64,000 bases of DNA. Source: a virus. Shown here in pieces: positions 27,580-37,633 of this stretch (within the stretch, counting starts at the first letter, position 1; the number at the start of each line of letters is the position of its first letter). The notes under the pieces are model-generated. The model ran no database searches. It was given only the letters and a program-made list of their open reading frames with translations, and was not told where the DNA came from. The translations under genes and the position numbers were made by a program. The stretch spans positions 21,748 to 85,747 of the IMG/VR virus record IMGVR_UViG_3300046794_000311; one strand, given 5' to 3'.

Positions 27580-28109
27580 CGCTCCCCCCGGACCGGCCAG
27601 CGGTACGCCGACAGGATGTTGCGCGAGGAGACGCCCCAGTGCTCGTCCTCCTCGTAACCGGGCAGCTTGCCGATCGCCTTCCGGCGCAGGGCGTCGCAGA
27701 AGTTGTGCGCCTCGGACTTCTCCCACTCCGGGTGCTCGCACGCCTGGTACTCGAAGCCGTCGATCGCCTTGAGCACCGCGACCGGGTTCGGGACGCCAGG
27801 CAGCATCTTGAAGAGGTAGGGCTGCTCCCACTCCTCCTCGGCGTACCGGTGGTCGACCGAGCGCCGGTTCTCCGCCAGGAGCATCGCGCCCACGTAACCG
27901 GCGTTCTCCCGGGTCAGATGCCGTACCACCCGGCCGTACATCATCTGCGCCTCCGGCCCCCACGGCTGGCCCTTGGAGTACACCCGGTTCTGCTCCTCGA
28001 CGGTCAGCTCGCGCACCTGCCACCGCAGCCGACTGCCGCCGGTCGAGTAGGACAGACCCGCGTTGACCAGCAGGTGGATGTGCTCGTCGTCGACCATGTA
28101 GGCGCTCAC
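27576..28109 (-). CDS. Conserved hypothetical phage protein
   Basis: ENRRSVDHRY...LKAIDGFEYQACEHPEW; promoter and operator upstream. Confidence 0.7.
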   Translation of the reverse strand: MSAYMVDDEHIHLLVNAGLSYSTGGSRLRWQVRELTVEEQNRVYSKGQPWGPEAQMMYGRVVRHLTRENAGYVGAMLLAENRRSVDHRYAEEEWEQPYLFKMLPGVPNPVAVLKAIDGFEYQACEHPEWEKSEAHNFCDALRRKAIGKLPGYEEDEHWGVSSRNILSAYRWPVRGER

Positions 28110-28127
28110 ATGACCCCTCACGCTTCC

Positions 28128-28196
28128 TTTACGGCTTCGTACTTACGGCTTCCGAAGCAGTAATCAGAATCTATAGGAGTTGCTAGGTCTCGTCAA
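28128..28196 (-). promoter_or_regulatory. Promoter followed by near-palindromic operator and an extra half-site
   Basis: TTGACG-17-TAGATT (28168-28196); CTTACGGCTTC-C-GAAGCAGTAAT (28142-28164). Confidence 0.7.
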
Positions 28197-28276
28197 GCCC
28201 TATCCGCCAACAGCTTTCCAAGCATGAAGAAGGCCCCCACCCGGTCTCCCAGGCAGGGGCCTCCTACGGCTGTACA

Positions 28277-28666
28277 TCAGCCGTACTGCTGCGTGCACTC
28301 CAGCTTCACCGAGGGCGCGTACGCCGCCAGCGCATCGGTGGGTGTCGCATGCGTACCGTCGGCCAGGTCCTTCAGACCCATGTCCCGGTACTCCTTGTAG
28401 ATGTCCCCCACCGGCTTACCCCGAGCGCTCTCCTCGAAGTCCGCGAAGTCCGCGTCGGTCATGACGTCGGTCGGTGTGCCCTGCGAATCCTCCAGGGCCT
28501 TGTCCACCGCCTTGATGACCCCGGAGAAGCACGTCGCCGCCTCCTTGCTGTACCCCTTGGACGAACTCGGCTTCGGGCTGTCCGACGCCTTCGAGTCGTC
28601 CCCCCCACTGCATCCCGTGACCGCGAGCGCCAGCACCGCAACCGTCAACAACGCCTTCTTGTTCAT
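28277..28666 (-). CDS. Putative lipoprotein
   Basis: Lipobox VTGC. Confidence 0.7.
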   Translation of the reverse strand: MNKKALLTVAVLALAVTGCSGGDDSKASDSPKPSSSKGYSKEAATCFSGVIKAVDKALEDSQGTPTDVMTDADFADFEESARGKPVGDIYKEYRDMGLKDLADGTHATPTDALAAYAPSVKLECTQQYG

Positions 28667-28679
28667 TTCGCCCCCCACG

Positions 28680-29108
28680 TCAGTTCTCCCCCACGAGCGC
28701 CTGCACGACCTTGTTCACCGCTCGCTGCGCCGCACGTTTCCCCGACTCGATGTTCAGCACGTCCACGTACTCCGGCCCGAGCGCTCCGAGGTGCACGCTG
28801 TACCACGCGGCGCGAGTACGGCCACCATGCGGCGCGAAGACCTCGGCGACCTTCTTGCCACCGATCCGACCGACCCACAGTTCACCCTTCGGGTGCTTCT
28901 CCTGGGTCCACTCGATCTTCTGCGCCAGTACCGGCGCACGGTCGGGCTCGTAGTCCTCCGAGACGATGTCCACGCGCGAGATTGAAGGGTTCAGCAAACA
29001 GTTCTCCACCGCGCGGGCGGCCTCCTGCGCCGATCCGAGGTCCGTGGCGTAGTTCTCGGACTTCTTCTGCCCCGGGTCCTTCTTCAGGTAGTAGCGCATC
29101 CGCCACAT
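28680..29108 (-). CDS. Hypothetical protein
   Basis: GGAG RBS; operon context. Confidence 0.6.
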   Translation of the reverse strand: MWRMRYYLKKDPGQKKSENYATDLGSAQEAARAVENCLLNPSISRVDIVSEDYEPDRAPVLAQKIEWTQEKHPKGELWVGRIGGKKVAEVFAPHGGRTRAAWYSVHLGALGPEYVDVLNIESGKRAAQRAVNKVVQALVGEN

Positions 29109-29110
29109 GT

Positions 29111-29941
29111 TCAGTTCTCCACTCCAGCCAGCTTCTCCAGTCGCGCTACCCGCTCCTCCAGGGTCATCGCCGACTTCTTCGGCGGCCCCGACAGCAAGGC
29201 CCATCCGTTGGCGCGGTCGGCCCAGTCCTGGCAGATGTCCATCAGCCACTCCGGCGCCCCGGTGAACTCGTTCAGCAGGTCCGAGAACAGGGTGGAGTAA
29301 TCGCGGGACGTCGCGACCTTCCCGTCCTTGACCTTGGGGCCCCAGACGGCGACGCTCGACACGCACCAGACCCCCGCCCGGTTGGGCGTGAGGGAGATCG
29401 TCACGGATTTCGGCCGCACCAGGGGGAATCCACGGGCCTGAGTGTCCGGAGCGGGGTCAACCAGCTCCACGGGAATCTCCCACCGGGCGGCGTCCGCGAC
29501 GCGGTACTTGATGCCCTTGGGCGACACGGGATCCGGCACCGTGCCCAGCTCCCACCCCTTGTCCGTCAGTTGGTGGGCCTCCTCGTCGACCTCCTGGTAG
29601 GCGATCCCCATGTCGACGAGCCGCGCCAGCACCGCCTTCGGGACACCGTAGAAGTGACCCGACGTCGTGTGCACCGCACGCTCGAACGCCTCGCGCATCT
29701 CCGCGTCCATACCCACCGCCGTCTGCTCCGGCTCGACGGGCTCCTCGATCACAGGCTCCTCCACCGGTCCCGGCCCCTTCCCCTCCATGTACCACTTACC
29801 GTCTCTCCGGTACGCGGCATCGGCCCTCTCCATCGCGCGCAGCGTCGCACCGTGGACGTTGACCAACTCGCCGTCCGGGTGCTGCTCTGCCGCCTTGAAG
29901 GCCGTCCCCCAATGCGTCTCCTTGGGCACCTTGCCAGCCAT
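29111..29941 (-). CDS. Hypothetical protein
   Basis: GGAGG RBS; 276 aa. Confidence 0.65.
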   Translation of the reverse strand: MAGKVPKETHWGTAFKAAEQHPDGELVNVHGATLRAMERADAAYRRDGKWYMEGKGPGPVEEPVIEEPVEPEQTAVGMDAEMREAFERAVHTTSGHFYGVPKAVLARLVDMGIAYQEVDEEAHQLTDKGWELGTVPDPVSPKGIKYRVADAARWEIPVELVDPAPDTQARGFPLVRPKSVTISLTPNRAGVWCVSSVAVWGPKVKDGKVATSRDYSTLFSDLLNEFTGAPEWLMDICQDWADRANGWALLSGPPKKSAMTLEERVARLEKLAGVEN

Positions 29942-29989
29942 CTTCCAAACCCTCCCCGCCGTAGTTAAATCTAGGAAATTGGCCGGGCC

Positions 29990-30202
29990 CTAATCGCCCA
30001 GCTCCCGCATACGCACCGGGTGATACGGCGGCGGTGTCACGGTCATTCTGCCGGTGATCGACTGCACCGGTACGCGCTTCGCGCTCCCCCCGCCGTACAG
30101 CTCGCGGAAGTGCTCGAACTTGGCCGCCCGCCGCAGCAGTTTGTCCTCGATGGTCCGCCAGTCGACGTCCACGGCGCTCCGCGCCTGCCCCGAGTCACTC
30201 AC
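29990..30202 (-). CDS. Hypothetical protein
   Basis: Coupled 70-aa ORF. Confidence 0.5.
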   Translation of the reverse strand: MSDSGQARSAVDVDWRTIEDKLLRRAAKFEHFRELYGGGSAKRVPVQSITGRMTVTPPPYHPVRMRELGD

Positions 30203-30390
30203 TGCTCGGACACTCGCTCCCAGCCGAGGCCCAGGTCCGCGAGCACACCACGCTTGGCGTCCTCGTCCGTGAGCACCAGGCGCTGCCCGTCCTGGACCGC
30301 AGAGTCCAGCAGCCGGATCATCTCGGCCGCCGTGTCCTGCGGGTGCCCGACCTTGATCCGCTGCACCAACTGCTCGTACGCCGTAGCCAC
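30199..30390 (-). CDS. Hypothetical protein
   Basis: Promoter TTGACA-17-TAGGGT at 30428-30456. Confidence 0.55.
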   Translation of the reverse strand: MATAYEQLVQRIKVGHPQDTAAEMIRLLDSAVQDGQRLVLTDEDAKRGVLADLGLGWERVSEQ

Positions 30391-30514
30391 CTCAACGCCC
30401 CTTCTCGCGGTCCTCAATTACGGGTTAACCCTATGGGCCGCACTCCCCCATGTCAACCTGTTTCCCCAACCCACTTGCGTTGCCGGAATCGCCTCGTCCG
30501 TTTAGGTTCAATCC

Positions 30515-30727
30515 ATGCGAAACCTGCGCGATGCCCTGTTGTGGCGTGGTACCCGAGCCGCCGCGCTCACCGAAGCCAAGAAGCTGAAGGCGGCTGCACG
30601 CCGCAAGGGTTACGACGTCGTGGTGCGTGGCACCGTCCGCAGGCCCACTCCGACGTACTCCTTCAACGGACCCCCTTACGGCGTCTTCCTCGAACCCCAC
30701 AACAGCGCCGACTCCCCCGATTCGTGA
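30515..30727 (+). CDS. Small basic hypothetical protein
   Basis: 70-aa ORF divergent from its neighbours. Confidence 0.45.
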   Translation: MRNLRDALLWRGTRAAALTEAKKLKAAARRKGYDVVVRGTVRRPTPTYSFNGPPYGVFLEPHNSADSPDS

Positions 30728-30729
30728 GT

Positions 30730-31590
30730 CCCCCATCCCCCCAATTCCCCGAATCCCCCTGGCACTGTGACACTGTCCGGTTCCCACAATCGTTGCGCTG
30801 CGCGGCTGTCTAGGCCCTTTGCTTCTGCGAATTTGCATTTAAGGGTAGGGGGGTCGAATATTTATTCATTGGCCCTACACTATTGACACGCCGCCCGTCA
30901 ACCCCCTGAGCCAGGCAATATCAAGCCTCGCGCTTCCTTTCGGTATCTGCACCCTTGCCCAGGGCGTGACCTACACCACACGGAGCAGCCAGGCACACCA
31001 GCCGGGCAGTGTCAACACCTGCGCGCGACGCATATTATGCATGCCAATTCGCCGTTATTCATGAGGCCACTACCCCAAATCGTCGATTTGCGTTGCTGCA
31101 AATATGCCCCGAGATATGGAGGGGTGGCGTTCGCTGTAGCAACTCGACAACATGGCGGCCAGGGAGTTACGGCGTATTGGGTGTGAGCCTGGCGACCGCA
31201 TGGCATGGGGTGGCGTGGTGCTGTGTCTCTCTGTGGTGTCAGCAGTGGGGAGCCTTCCCCTGGCCCCGGATTCCCTGGCCCCTTTGTCGGCACAGTGGCA
31301 GGCTGGAGGTATGGGCGTAGGCATGTCGTGGGGCGCGTTGGGGGTCGGCCAGGCATGGGGCGAGTATCCCAGCGTGGACGAGTGCGCACGGGCCCTGTGT
31401 CGCTCTGTACGGCGCTCCCTGGCCCGCATGGGCCCAGACTTCCGGGGCTGCATTTTGAAGCATTCAGCGCACGTGCTGCGGGTGGACATGTGCACGGAGG
31501 GGCTGCACGCGGTGAGCCATGGGAAGCGGTGGCACGCGGAGCACGGGACGGCGTGGGTTGCCCTGTATCCCCGTGGTGGGGGTGAACACG
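30730..31590. other. Long non-coding region at a GC-skew switch (candidate origin or genome terminus)
   Basis: AT-rich core 30830-30890; plus strand C-rich to the left and G-rich to the right; only implausible ORFs. Confidence 0.45.
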
Positions 31591-31650
31591 AAGAAACCCC
31601 CCACCGGCCCGAGTTAGGGCGGTGAGGGGTTGCTCAGGGGGCGTGCTGGC

Positions 31651-31998
31651 CTACGCGGTGCGGACAGACGCGCTCAGCCACGCGGCCAGGTGCTCCCACT
31701 GGGCCGCTTCCGCGCGAAGCGTGCTGATGTCCTCGGCGCTGAACTCCCGCAGAACGGGGCTGGTGATGGACGGGCGGACGCTGGCCATGTAGTCGGCCTC
31801 TTCGCGGCGCTCCCACGCCTGCCGCTGCGCGTCGCGCATGGTGGCGAATCGCTCGGAGCGCTGCCAGGGGGTGAGCGGCGCGGCGGGCGCGGGGGGCGTG
31901 TCGAGACCGTCACAGGAGACGCGGCCGAAGCGGGCAGACGTCCAGTCGTGGCGGGCGTGCGGGGCGGTGGCCGGGCAACCGTAGACGGTGCGGATCAT
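31651..31998 (-). CDS. Hypothetical protein
   Basis: Conserved leader plus AGGAGG. Confidence 0.55.
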   Translation of the reverse strand: MIRTVYGCPATAPHARHDWTSARFGRVSCDGLDTPPAPAAPLTPWQRSERFATMRDAQRQAWERREEADYMASVRPSITSPVLREFSAEDISTLRAEAAQWEHLAAWLSASVRTA

Positions 31999-32037
31999 GG
32001 GGTGACCTCCTGGTGTGGGGTGGTTGGTTGGGGTGAG

Positions 32038-32379
32038 CTAGGCGCGGGCGGCGGTGCCGTCCTCATGGCCCATGGCCAGGGCGCCGGACAGTTCGGGGCG
32101 CCATGCCAGGGCGCGGCGCAGGTCGGACAGGAACGCGTGTCGGTCGAACGCGGCCCCGTCGGTGTAGGCGTCCACGGCGCCGAGCATGTACGCGACCGCC
32201 TGCCGTCCCTCGTTCCGCGCGGAATCCCACGTGAGCTGTCGCGCGAGCGGGGAGCGGGCGACCGTGACGCGGTACCCCTTCCCGTCGCGGCCAGTGCCGA
32301 CCTGGACGGACACGCGCTCATGGGTGAGGGCGCCGAGGTGAGCGGCGACCATGGCGGCGGTGGTGTGGGTTACGCGCAT
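32038..32379 (-). CDS. Hypothetical protein
   Basis: Conserved leader plus AGGAGG before ATG at 32379. Confidence 0.55.
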   Translation of the reverse strand: MRVTHTTAAMVAAHLGALTHERVSVQVGTGRDGKGYRVTVARSPLARQLTWDSARNEGRQAVAYMLGAVDAYTDGAAFDRHAFLSDLRRALAWRPELSGALAMGHEDGTAARA

Positions 32380-32414
32380 TTGGGGTGTCCTCCTGGTGTG
32401 GGGTGGGTTGGTTG

Positions 32415-32624
32415 TCAGACGGTGCGGAGCGATGCGACCAGCGCGTAAACGGCGTTCACGTCGTCCAGCGCGGGCACGGGCGTACCGGGCACGTCGGCGC
32501 AGTACTGGACTACGGCGAGTTGCACCGTCACGGACGGGCGGCGGGTGGTGCTGCCGCAGCGCTCCCAGACGTCCAGCAGACGGGCGGCGGGGGTGCGGGC
32601 GGGGGCGGGGGCGGTGCTGGCCAT
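32415..32624 (-). CDS. Hypothetical protein
   Basis: AGGAGG RBS. Confidence 0.5.
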   Translation of the reverse strand: MASTAPAPARTPAARLLDVWERCGSTTRRPSVTVQLAVVQYCADVPGTPVPALDDVNAVYALVASLRTV

Positions 32625-32692
32625 GGTCTGTGTCCTCCTGTGGTGGGAGGGGGCCGGAGCGTTTCCCCGGCCCCCGTGGTGTGGGGCGGGTG

Positions 32693-33436
32693 CTACTCGG
32701 CCAGACCCTGGCCCGCGTGCATCTTCTGGGCCTGCTTGAACGTGGCGCGGTACTCCGCGAGGGAGGACGGGCGGACGGCTTCGAACTGCCGCGCCCAGTG
32801 CGGCATAACGGCGACCTTCTGCGTCTGGAAGACGCCACCGTTAGCGATCATCGCGTGATTCTGCGCGCGGGTCTCCGTGGCCAGGGCCTTACGGGCGAGC
32901 GGGGAGAACATCAGGGAGTGCTTACGGAACGCGGCCTCTTCCCCGTGGCGGTCGACACCGCGACCGGTGCCGCAGTGGCCGAACACGTCGTGCACGGCGC
33001 GGAACTGGTCGTTCACGTCGTCAGAGAAGAAGAAGTGACCACCCGTGGCGGCCGTCGACAGGATGCGCATACGGCCCGCCTTGACGTCCTCGAAAAACGC
33101 GCGGGTGCCCTGCTTGTTCATGTCGTACGGGTCGGCGTCCTCGACGCTCACGACGATGCCCAGGCCGCCGCGCGAGGCGGGGGCGGTCATGAACTCAAAC
33201 TGCCGCTTGACCTCTTCGGCCATGGCACGCCACGCGGCCGGGGCGGCGTTGTCGATGAACGGCAGTTCGGCGTACGCGTCGGCGATCTTCTGGACGGCCG
33301 AGGGGGCGACGATCACGCGGGAGTAGTCCCAGTGGTCGCGGGTGGACAGACCGGCCTTGGCGCAGAACGCGCGGGCGCCCTCGACGATGGAGCGGACGGG
33401 CGAGACGGACAGGGCGGGGATGTTGGCGGTACGCAT
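32693..33436 (-). CDS. Conserved phage protein with HDxxGH metal-binding motif (zincin-like)
   Basis: NDQFRAVHDVFGH...GEEAA...TETRAQN. Confidence 0.7.
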   Translation of the reverse strand: MRTANIPALSVSPVRSIVEGARAFCAKAGLSTRDHWDYSRVIVAPSAVQKIADAYAELPFIDNAAPAAWRAMAEEVKRQFEFMTAPASRGGLGIVVSVEDADPYDMNKQGTRAFFEDVKAGRMRILSTAATGGHFFFSDDVNDQFRAVHDVFGHCGTGRGVDRHGEEAAFRKHSLMFSPLARKALATETRAQNHAMIANGGVFQTQKVAVMPHWARQFEAVRPSSLAEYRATFKQAQKMHAGQGLAE

Positions 33437-33559
33437 TGCGGGGCCTCCTGGTGTGGGGCGGTTGGTGTGTTGTTGTGTGACCAACGTACCCCCGATTACG
33501 GCTTGTAAAGCCAGTTTCGGGGATCGCTGGACAAGTCTTTATAAAGCTGTGACCTACGG

Positions 33560-34510
33560 CTAGCGGGCGGTGGAGACGTCCCGGAAGTGGGGCACGGCGC
33601 GGGCGGCGTCCATGAACGCGGCGACGCGGGCGGGGTCACCGTTGGGCACGTGCGCATAGTTGATGCGCTCCCCGCTCCCCGTGGTCACCCAGACAGTCAC
33701 GGGCGCCGTGGCGGGCTCCAGGAGGGCGCGCAGCTCCTCCGTGGTCACGATCTCCAGGCCGTGCGCGGGGGCGTCCTCCTCGGCCTCTTCCGGGGCGCCT
33801 GCCACGTGCACGACGGTGCGCACGTCGGTCCAGTTGCGGCCGGTCGTCTCGAAGTGCTCCGGGGTGCGGTCCGTGCGGATCACCTCACCGGCGCCGACCG
33901 TGTCGACGATGCCCCGGCAGTACCGTTCGGCCGAACTGTCGGTGTGGCGGAACTCCGCATCGGCGTACGGGCCCCACACGCGCCCGGCGTGGTCGCGGTA
34001 GCTCCAAAGGGTGCGGTACTCAGCGGCCCACACGTACCCGGTGGCGTACTGACGCACCCAGGGGGCAACGTCGCCGTTACCCGTGATGCCCGTGGGCATG
34101 TCGCCCTCAAAGATGATCTTTCCGCCAAGGAAGACGTAAAGGCGGGTGCCGTTGCCCTCGACGACGGCCGAGACACGCTCACCGGCCAGCCACAGCGGGC
34201 GGGCCTGCGCCTCGCGCCAGGTACGGCAACCCGCCTCCGAGGGGTAGTAAGTGGCGTCCTCCGGGCGGGCCGGGCGCGGGTTCGTGATGGACAGCCAGCG
34301 GCGGCCGTTCTCCGCGTCGTAACCCTGGTAGTCGCCGTGGGTGTCGGAGTAGCGAACGCAGCGGGTGCAGAAGTCACGTTCGGCCGCGTCCCCGTAGCTG
34401 AGGTAACGGGCGACGGGGCGACCGCAGACGCTTTCGTCGTTGCCGGTGCTGTAGTGCACCGCCTTGCCCTTGCCGACCTGTGCGAGCTGGTATCCGTGCT
34501 GCGTGTCCAT
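33560..34510 (-). CDS. Hypothetical protein
   Basis: AAGGAG RBS before ATG at 34510. Confidence 0.6.
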   Translation of the reverse strand: MDTQHGYQLAQVGKGKAVHYSTGNDESVCGRPVARYLSYGDAAERDFCTRCVRYSDTHGDYQGYDAENGRRWLSITNPRPARPEDATYYPSEAGCRTWREAQARPLWLAGERVSAVVEGNGTRLYVFLGGKIIFEGDMPTGITGNGDVAPWVRQYATGYVWAAEYRTLWSYRDHAGRVWGPYADAEFRHTDSSAERYCRGIVDTVGAGEVIRTDRTPEHFETTGRNWTDVRTVVHVAGAPEEAEEDAPAHGLEIVTTEELRALLEPATAPVTVWVTTGSGERINYAHVPNGDPARVAAFMDAARAVPHFRDVSTAR

Positions 34511-34635
34511 GTCGTGCGCTCCTTCGTGTGTGGTGGGAGGGCCGATCTTTCCGATGGGGGCACCCCTTGTCAAGCCCTTTGAGCCCTCAGCTTTACAAGG
34601 CGTTATGAAGCTGTGACCAGCCCCGCCGGGGCGGT

Positions 34636-34693
34636 GTGTTCTCATGGACGCCGAAGGCCCCCACCGGCCAGCGGGACGCGGTGGGGGCCTTTT
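34636..34693. repeat. Terminator-containing repeat, copy 1 (37 bp identical to 36499-36535)
   Basis: GTGTTCTCATGGACGCCGAAGGCCCCCACCGGCCAGC followed by GGTGGGGGCCTT. Confidence 0.8.
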
Positions 34694-34705
34694 GCATGCC
34701 CGGGG

Positions 34706-36406
34706 TCAGACGGAGGGCGCGACGCTGTCGCAGCCGACGGCCAGCAGCAGGCCGCCCCAGTCGGCAGCGGCCCAGCCCTTGCCACCGACCCAGTCGGCAC
34801 CCTCGGTGTACGCCTGGCCCAACAGGTCGTAGCCATCGGCGATGTTCATCCGCTCGACGTCGTCACCGAGGCGGACCCATACGTGCAGCTCCCGCAGTCG
34901 CGCGAGGGAGTCGGATTCCGACTGCCCTTCCGGGGCGTATCGCTTGGCCATTCCGGCCGCGCCGCCCTCGAACATCCGCAGCGGATTCCGAACCGGTTCC
35001 GGCGCGGTGTCCACCACAGAATCCGACTGGGAAACCGGCGCGGGCTCCTCGACGATTTCCGGCTGCGCCTCCTCGACGACAACCGGCTCGGCCGGGGCGC
35101 TGGGCGCCTCCTCGACGACCTCGGGAGCCTCGACGGGCGCGGGGGCCGGGGTGGCCTTCTTGCGGGGCGTACGCGGCTTCTTGACCGGGTCGATCTCGTA
35201 CGCCTTGGGCTCCGGCACGGCGGTCTCGACGAGGGTGCAGCGGGTGAGGACGGTCGACTTGATGCCCTTGTACTCGTCGTGCTCCTTGACCGTGCCACGG
35301 AAGGTGACGCGCACGCCCGTGTTCTCGCCGAGGGCGTTGTTGGACGCGAACCACTTCACGATCACGCCGGACAGTTCGTCGCGGACCTGGTAGAGGGTGG
35401 TGGCGCCGTACAGGCCGTCGATGTACCGGATGGACTCGATCATGCCGGTGAAGGTGATGCGGGAGCCCTTGATGCCCTTGGCCTTGTCGGGCGCGGTGCC
35501 GATCCACTCGGACGGCTTCTCGCTGCGCGCCTTACGGATGAGGGTCTGCTCGTTGAAGCGGGCCCACGCCTGCGGGGCGGAGACGAGGATGCCGAAGTTG
35601 CGGGAGGACGCGCGCTTACCGGCCGCGATGGCCTTGAGGTTGAGGACGTACTCCGAGGTGCCGGAGAAGTCGTCGGAGAGGATGAACGCGCGGATCTCGG
35701 CGGCCTTCTCCTTGGCCTCGGCCGCGAGCGGGCGCATGGCCTCGGCGAACTCCTTGTCGCGGCGGCCCTTGCCGGGGTTGATGGCGTTGCGCACGAGCTG
35801 CACGGTGGGGGTGGCGTGGTAGTCCTGGGAGCGGACGAACCCGAACGCCTTGACGCAGGCCCAGGCGTAGGCGAGGACGGTGTCAGTGGAGACGTCGCGG
35901 TCTCCCCCGCCGAAGCCGTAGAACTCCTTCTCCTCGTCGTCGTCGGCCGGGGTCGACGGCCAGGAGATGCCGGTCTCCCAGCCGAGGAAGTCCTTGATGC
36001 AGGAGCGGCCGATCTGCTTCTCCTCGCCGGTCTCCTCGTTCTTGACGAGGAAGGTCTCCCGGCGCATGCGGTTCTTCTGGCAGTGGTCGCACCAGCCCTC
36101 GCGCAGGCCGTCGCGGTCGACGGAGTGCACGCCCGGAGCGGTGCGCACGATCAGGCCCGCGTTCTCGTCCCAGTCCAGGGTCGCGAGGAAGGTCCAGCCG
36201 TTGTGCTTGGGGGCCTCGCCGGAGAACTCGACGTCGTACATGATCTCGACGACCTCGAAGCCCATGTCGTCCTTGCTCTTGACCTCGACCTCGGTGACCT
36301 TGAGGTCCAGGCGGCCGGTCAGGCCCTTCTTCGACGCGCGGGCGTTGATCTTCTCGATCTTCTCCAGCGTGTTGGTGAGCTGGAAGTGGTCGATGCGAGC
36401 GGGCAT
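34706..36406 (-). CDS. Zn-finger + OB-fold-like conserved phage protein
   Basis: CDHC...QIGRSC; C-terminal RITFTG...VTFRGTVKEHDEYKG...TRC OB-like segment; Pro/Glu linker. Confidence 0.75.
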   Translation of the reverse strand: MPARIDHFQLTNTLEKIEKINARASKKGLTGRLDLKVTEVEVKSKDDMGFEVVEIMYDVEFSGEAPKHNGWTFLATLDWDENAGLIVRTAPGVHSVDRDGLREGWCDHCQKNRMRRETFLVKNEETGEEKQIGRSCIKDFLGWETGISWPSTPADDDEEKEFYGFGGGDRDVSTDTVLAYAWACVKAFGFVRSQDYHATPTVQLVRNAINPGKGRRDKEFAEAMRPLAAEAKEKAAEIRAFILSDDFSGTSEYVLNLKAIAAGKRASSRNFGILVSAPQAWARFNEQTLIRKARSEKPSEWIGTAPDKAKGIKGSRITFTGMIESIRYIDGLYGATTLYQVRDELSGVIVKWFASNNALGENTGVRVTFRGTVKEHDEYKGIKSTVLTRCTLVETAVPEPKAYEIDPVKKPRTPRKKATPAPAPVEAPEVVEEAPSAPAEPVVVEEAQPEIVEEPAPVSQSDSVVDTAPEPVRNPLRMFEGGAAGMAKRYAPEGQSESDSLARLRELHVWVRLGDDVERMNIADGYDLLGQAYTEGADWVGGKGWAAADWGGLLLAVGCDSVAPSV

Positions 36407-36498
36407 GTCGTGCCTCCTGGTGCGGAGCGGTTGTTGATGGGCACGACATTACGGGTTCTGGAAGCCGTTGTCTAGCTGTTTGCGGATCCGTCTTTCGC

Positions 36499-36556
36499 GT
36501 GTTCTCATGGACGCCGAAGGCCCCCACCGGCCAGCTCGATTCGGTGGGGGCCTTCG
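36499..36556. repeat. Terminator-containing repeat, copy 2
   Basis: Same 37-bp block as 34636-34672. Confidence 0.8.
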
Positions 36557-36572
36557 TCATGTCCCGGGCCTG

Positions 36573-37031
36573 CTAGGCCGGGCGGAGCGCTCCGGTGATG
36601 TTGCGCCGGAGCAGGCGGTACAGGACGCGCCAGCCGGTCTTCTTGTCCTCCGGGGCGTCCATGCCGTGGTCCTTCTCCCAGGCTTCCTGGACGCGGCGCA
36701 GAAGGGCGTTCCACTGGTTGGCGTCGATGAGCGGTGCGCAGGTGGCGCAGGCCATCCAGTCGCCCTCGTAGCCCTGCATCTTGCCGGTCACCGGGTTCCG
36801 TCCGGCCAGGAAATCCGCCACCGGCAGGACGAACATTTCCGACCCGAGATCCTGGTTGCAGAAGTCGCAGCGTCCCTTGACTTTTCCGGTCTCGGGATCC
36901 ACGGGAATTGCCTTGTGGCCGGAGAGGGAATCCTGCTCGTGGTGCTCCCAGGTGACCTCGCCCGTCCCCTTGGCGACGTTCCGCTCAAGGGGGCGCTTGC
37001 AGACCTGACAGACCATGGGCGGTGTGCTCAC
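36573..37031 (-). CDS. Cys-rich hypothetical protein
   Basis: CQVC, CDFC, CATC. Confidence 0.65.
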   Translation of the reverse strand: MSTPPMVCQVCKRPLERNVAKGTGEVTWEHHEQDSLSGHKAIPVDPETGKVKGRCDFCNQDLGSEMFVLPVADFLAGRNPVTGKMQGYEGDWMACATCAPLIDANQWNALLRRVQEAWEKDHGMDAPEDKKTGWRVLYRLLRRNITGALRPA

Positions 37032-37633
37032 TGGGCGATCTCCTGGCCCGGCTTGAGGACGCGGTACTCGGTGCCGTCCTCGGCGGTGAGGACGTCGCCG
37101 TTCTCCATGTCGGCGATGTGCGCGGCCAGCTCGCCGTAGCGAAGGCCCCGGCGCTGCATGTCGTCGGTCAGGGTTCCCCACGCGGCGTCGTGGCCGCTCT
37201 TCTCGGAGGTGCCGACCGTGCGCCATCCCGCGCCCTCGTGGCGGTCCTTGATCTGCGCCCAGTGGGCCGGGGCGGTGGTCGCGGGGTTGTCCAGGTACCA
37301 GCGCTTCGCGTCCTCGAACAGAGTGACCGTGGAGTCGGCGCTGTCCAGGGTCGGGAACTTCTCGCGGTTGCCGTCGATCAGCAGGGCGGAGACCTGCGCG
37401 CGGGTGAGCCGAAGGTTGAACGTCGGCTCGTCCGCCTTCTCCTCCACGGTGACGCGGTAGGTGCGGGTGGCGTCGGTGCCGGAGCCGTCGTTGACGAGCA
37501 CGTCCAGGGCCCACGGGCCGGTCGTCTCGGGGTTGACGAAGTCGACGTTCAGCACGTCCTCCGTGCGCAGGCTCGGGCGGGCCGGGCTGGAGAGCATGTC
37601 GCCGATCAGCTTTCGAAGACCGAGGAGATTCAT
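37028..37633 (-). CDS. Hypothetical protein
   Basis: AAGGAG RBS; promoter TTGACA-18-TAGCTT at 37675-37704. Confidence 0.65.
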   Translation of the reverse strand: MNLLGLRKLIGDMLSSPARPSLRTEDVLNVDFVNPETTGPWALDVLVNDGSGTDATRTYRVTVEEKADEPTFNLRLTRAQVSALLIDGNREKFPTLDSADSTVTLFEDAKRWYLDNPATTAPAHWAQIKDRHEGAGWRTVGTSEKSGHDAAWGTLTDDMQRRGLRYGELAAHIADMENGDVLTAEDGTEYRVLKPGQEIAQ

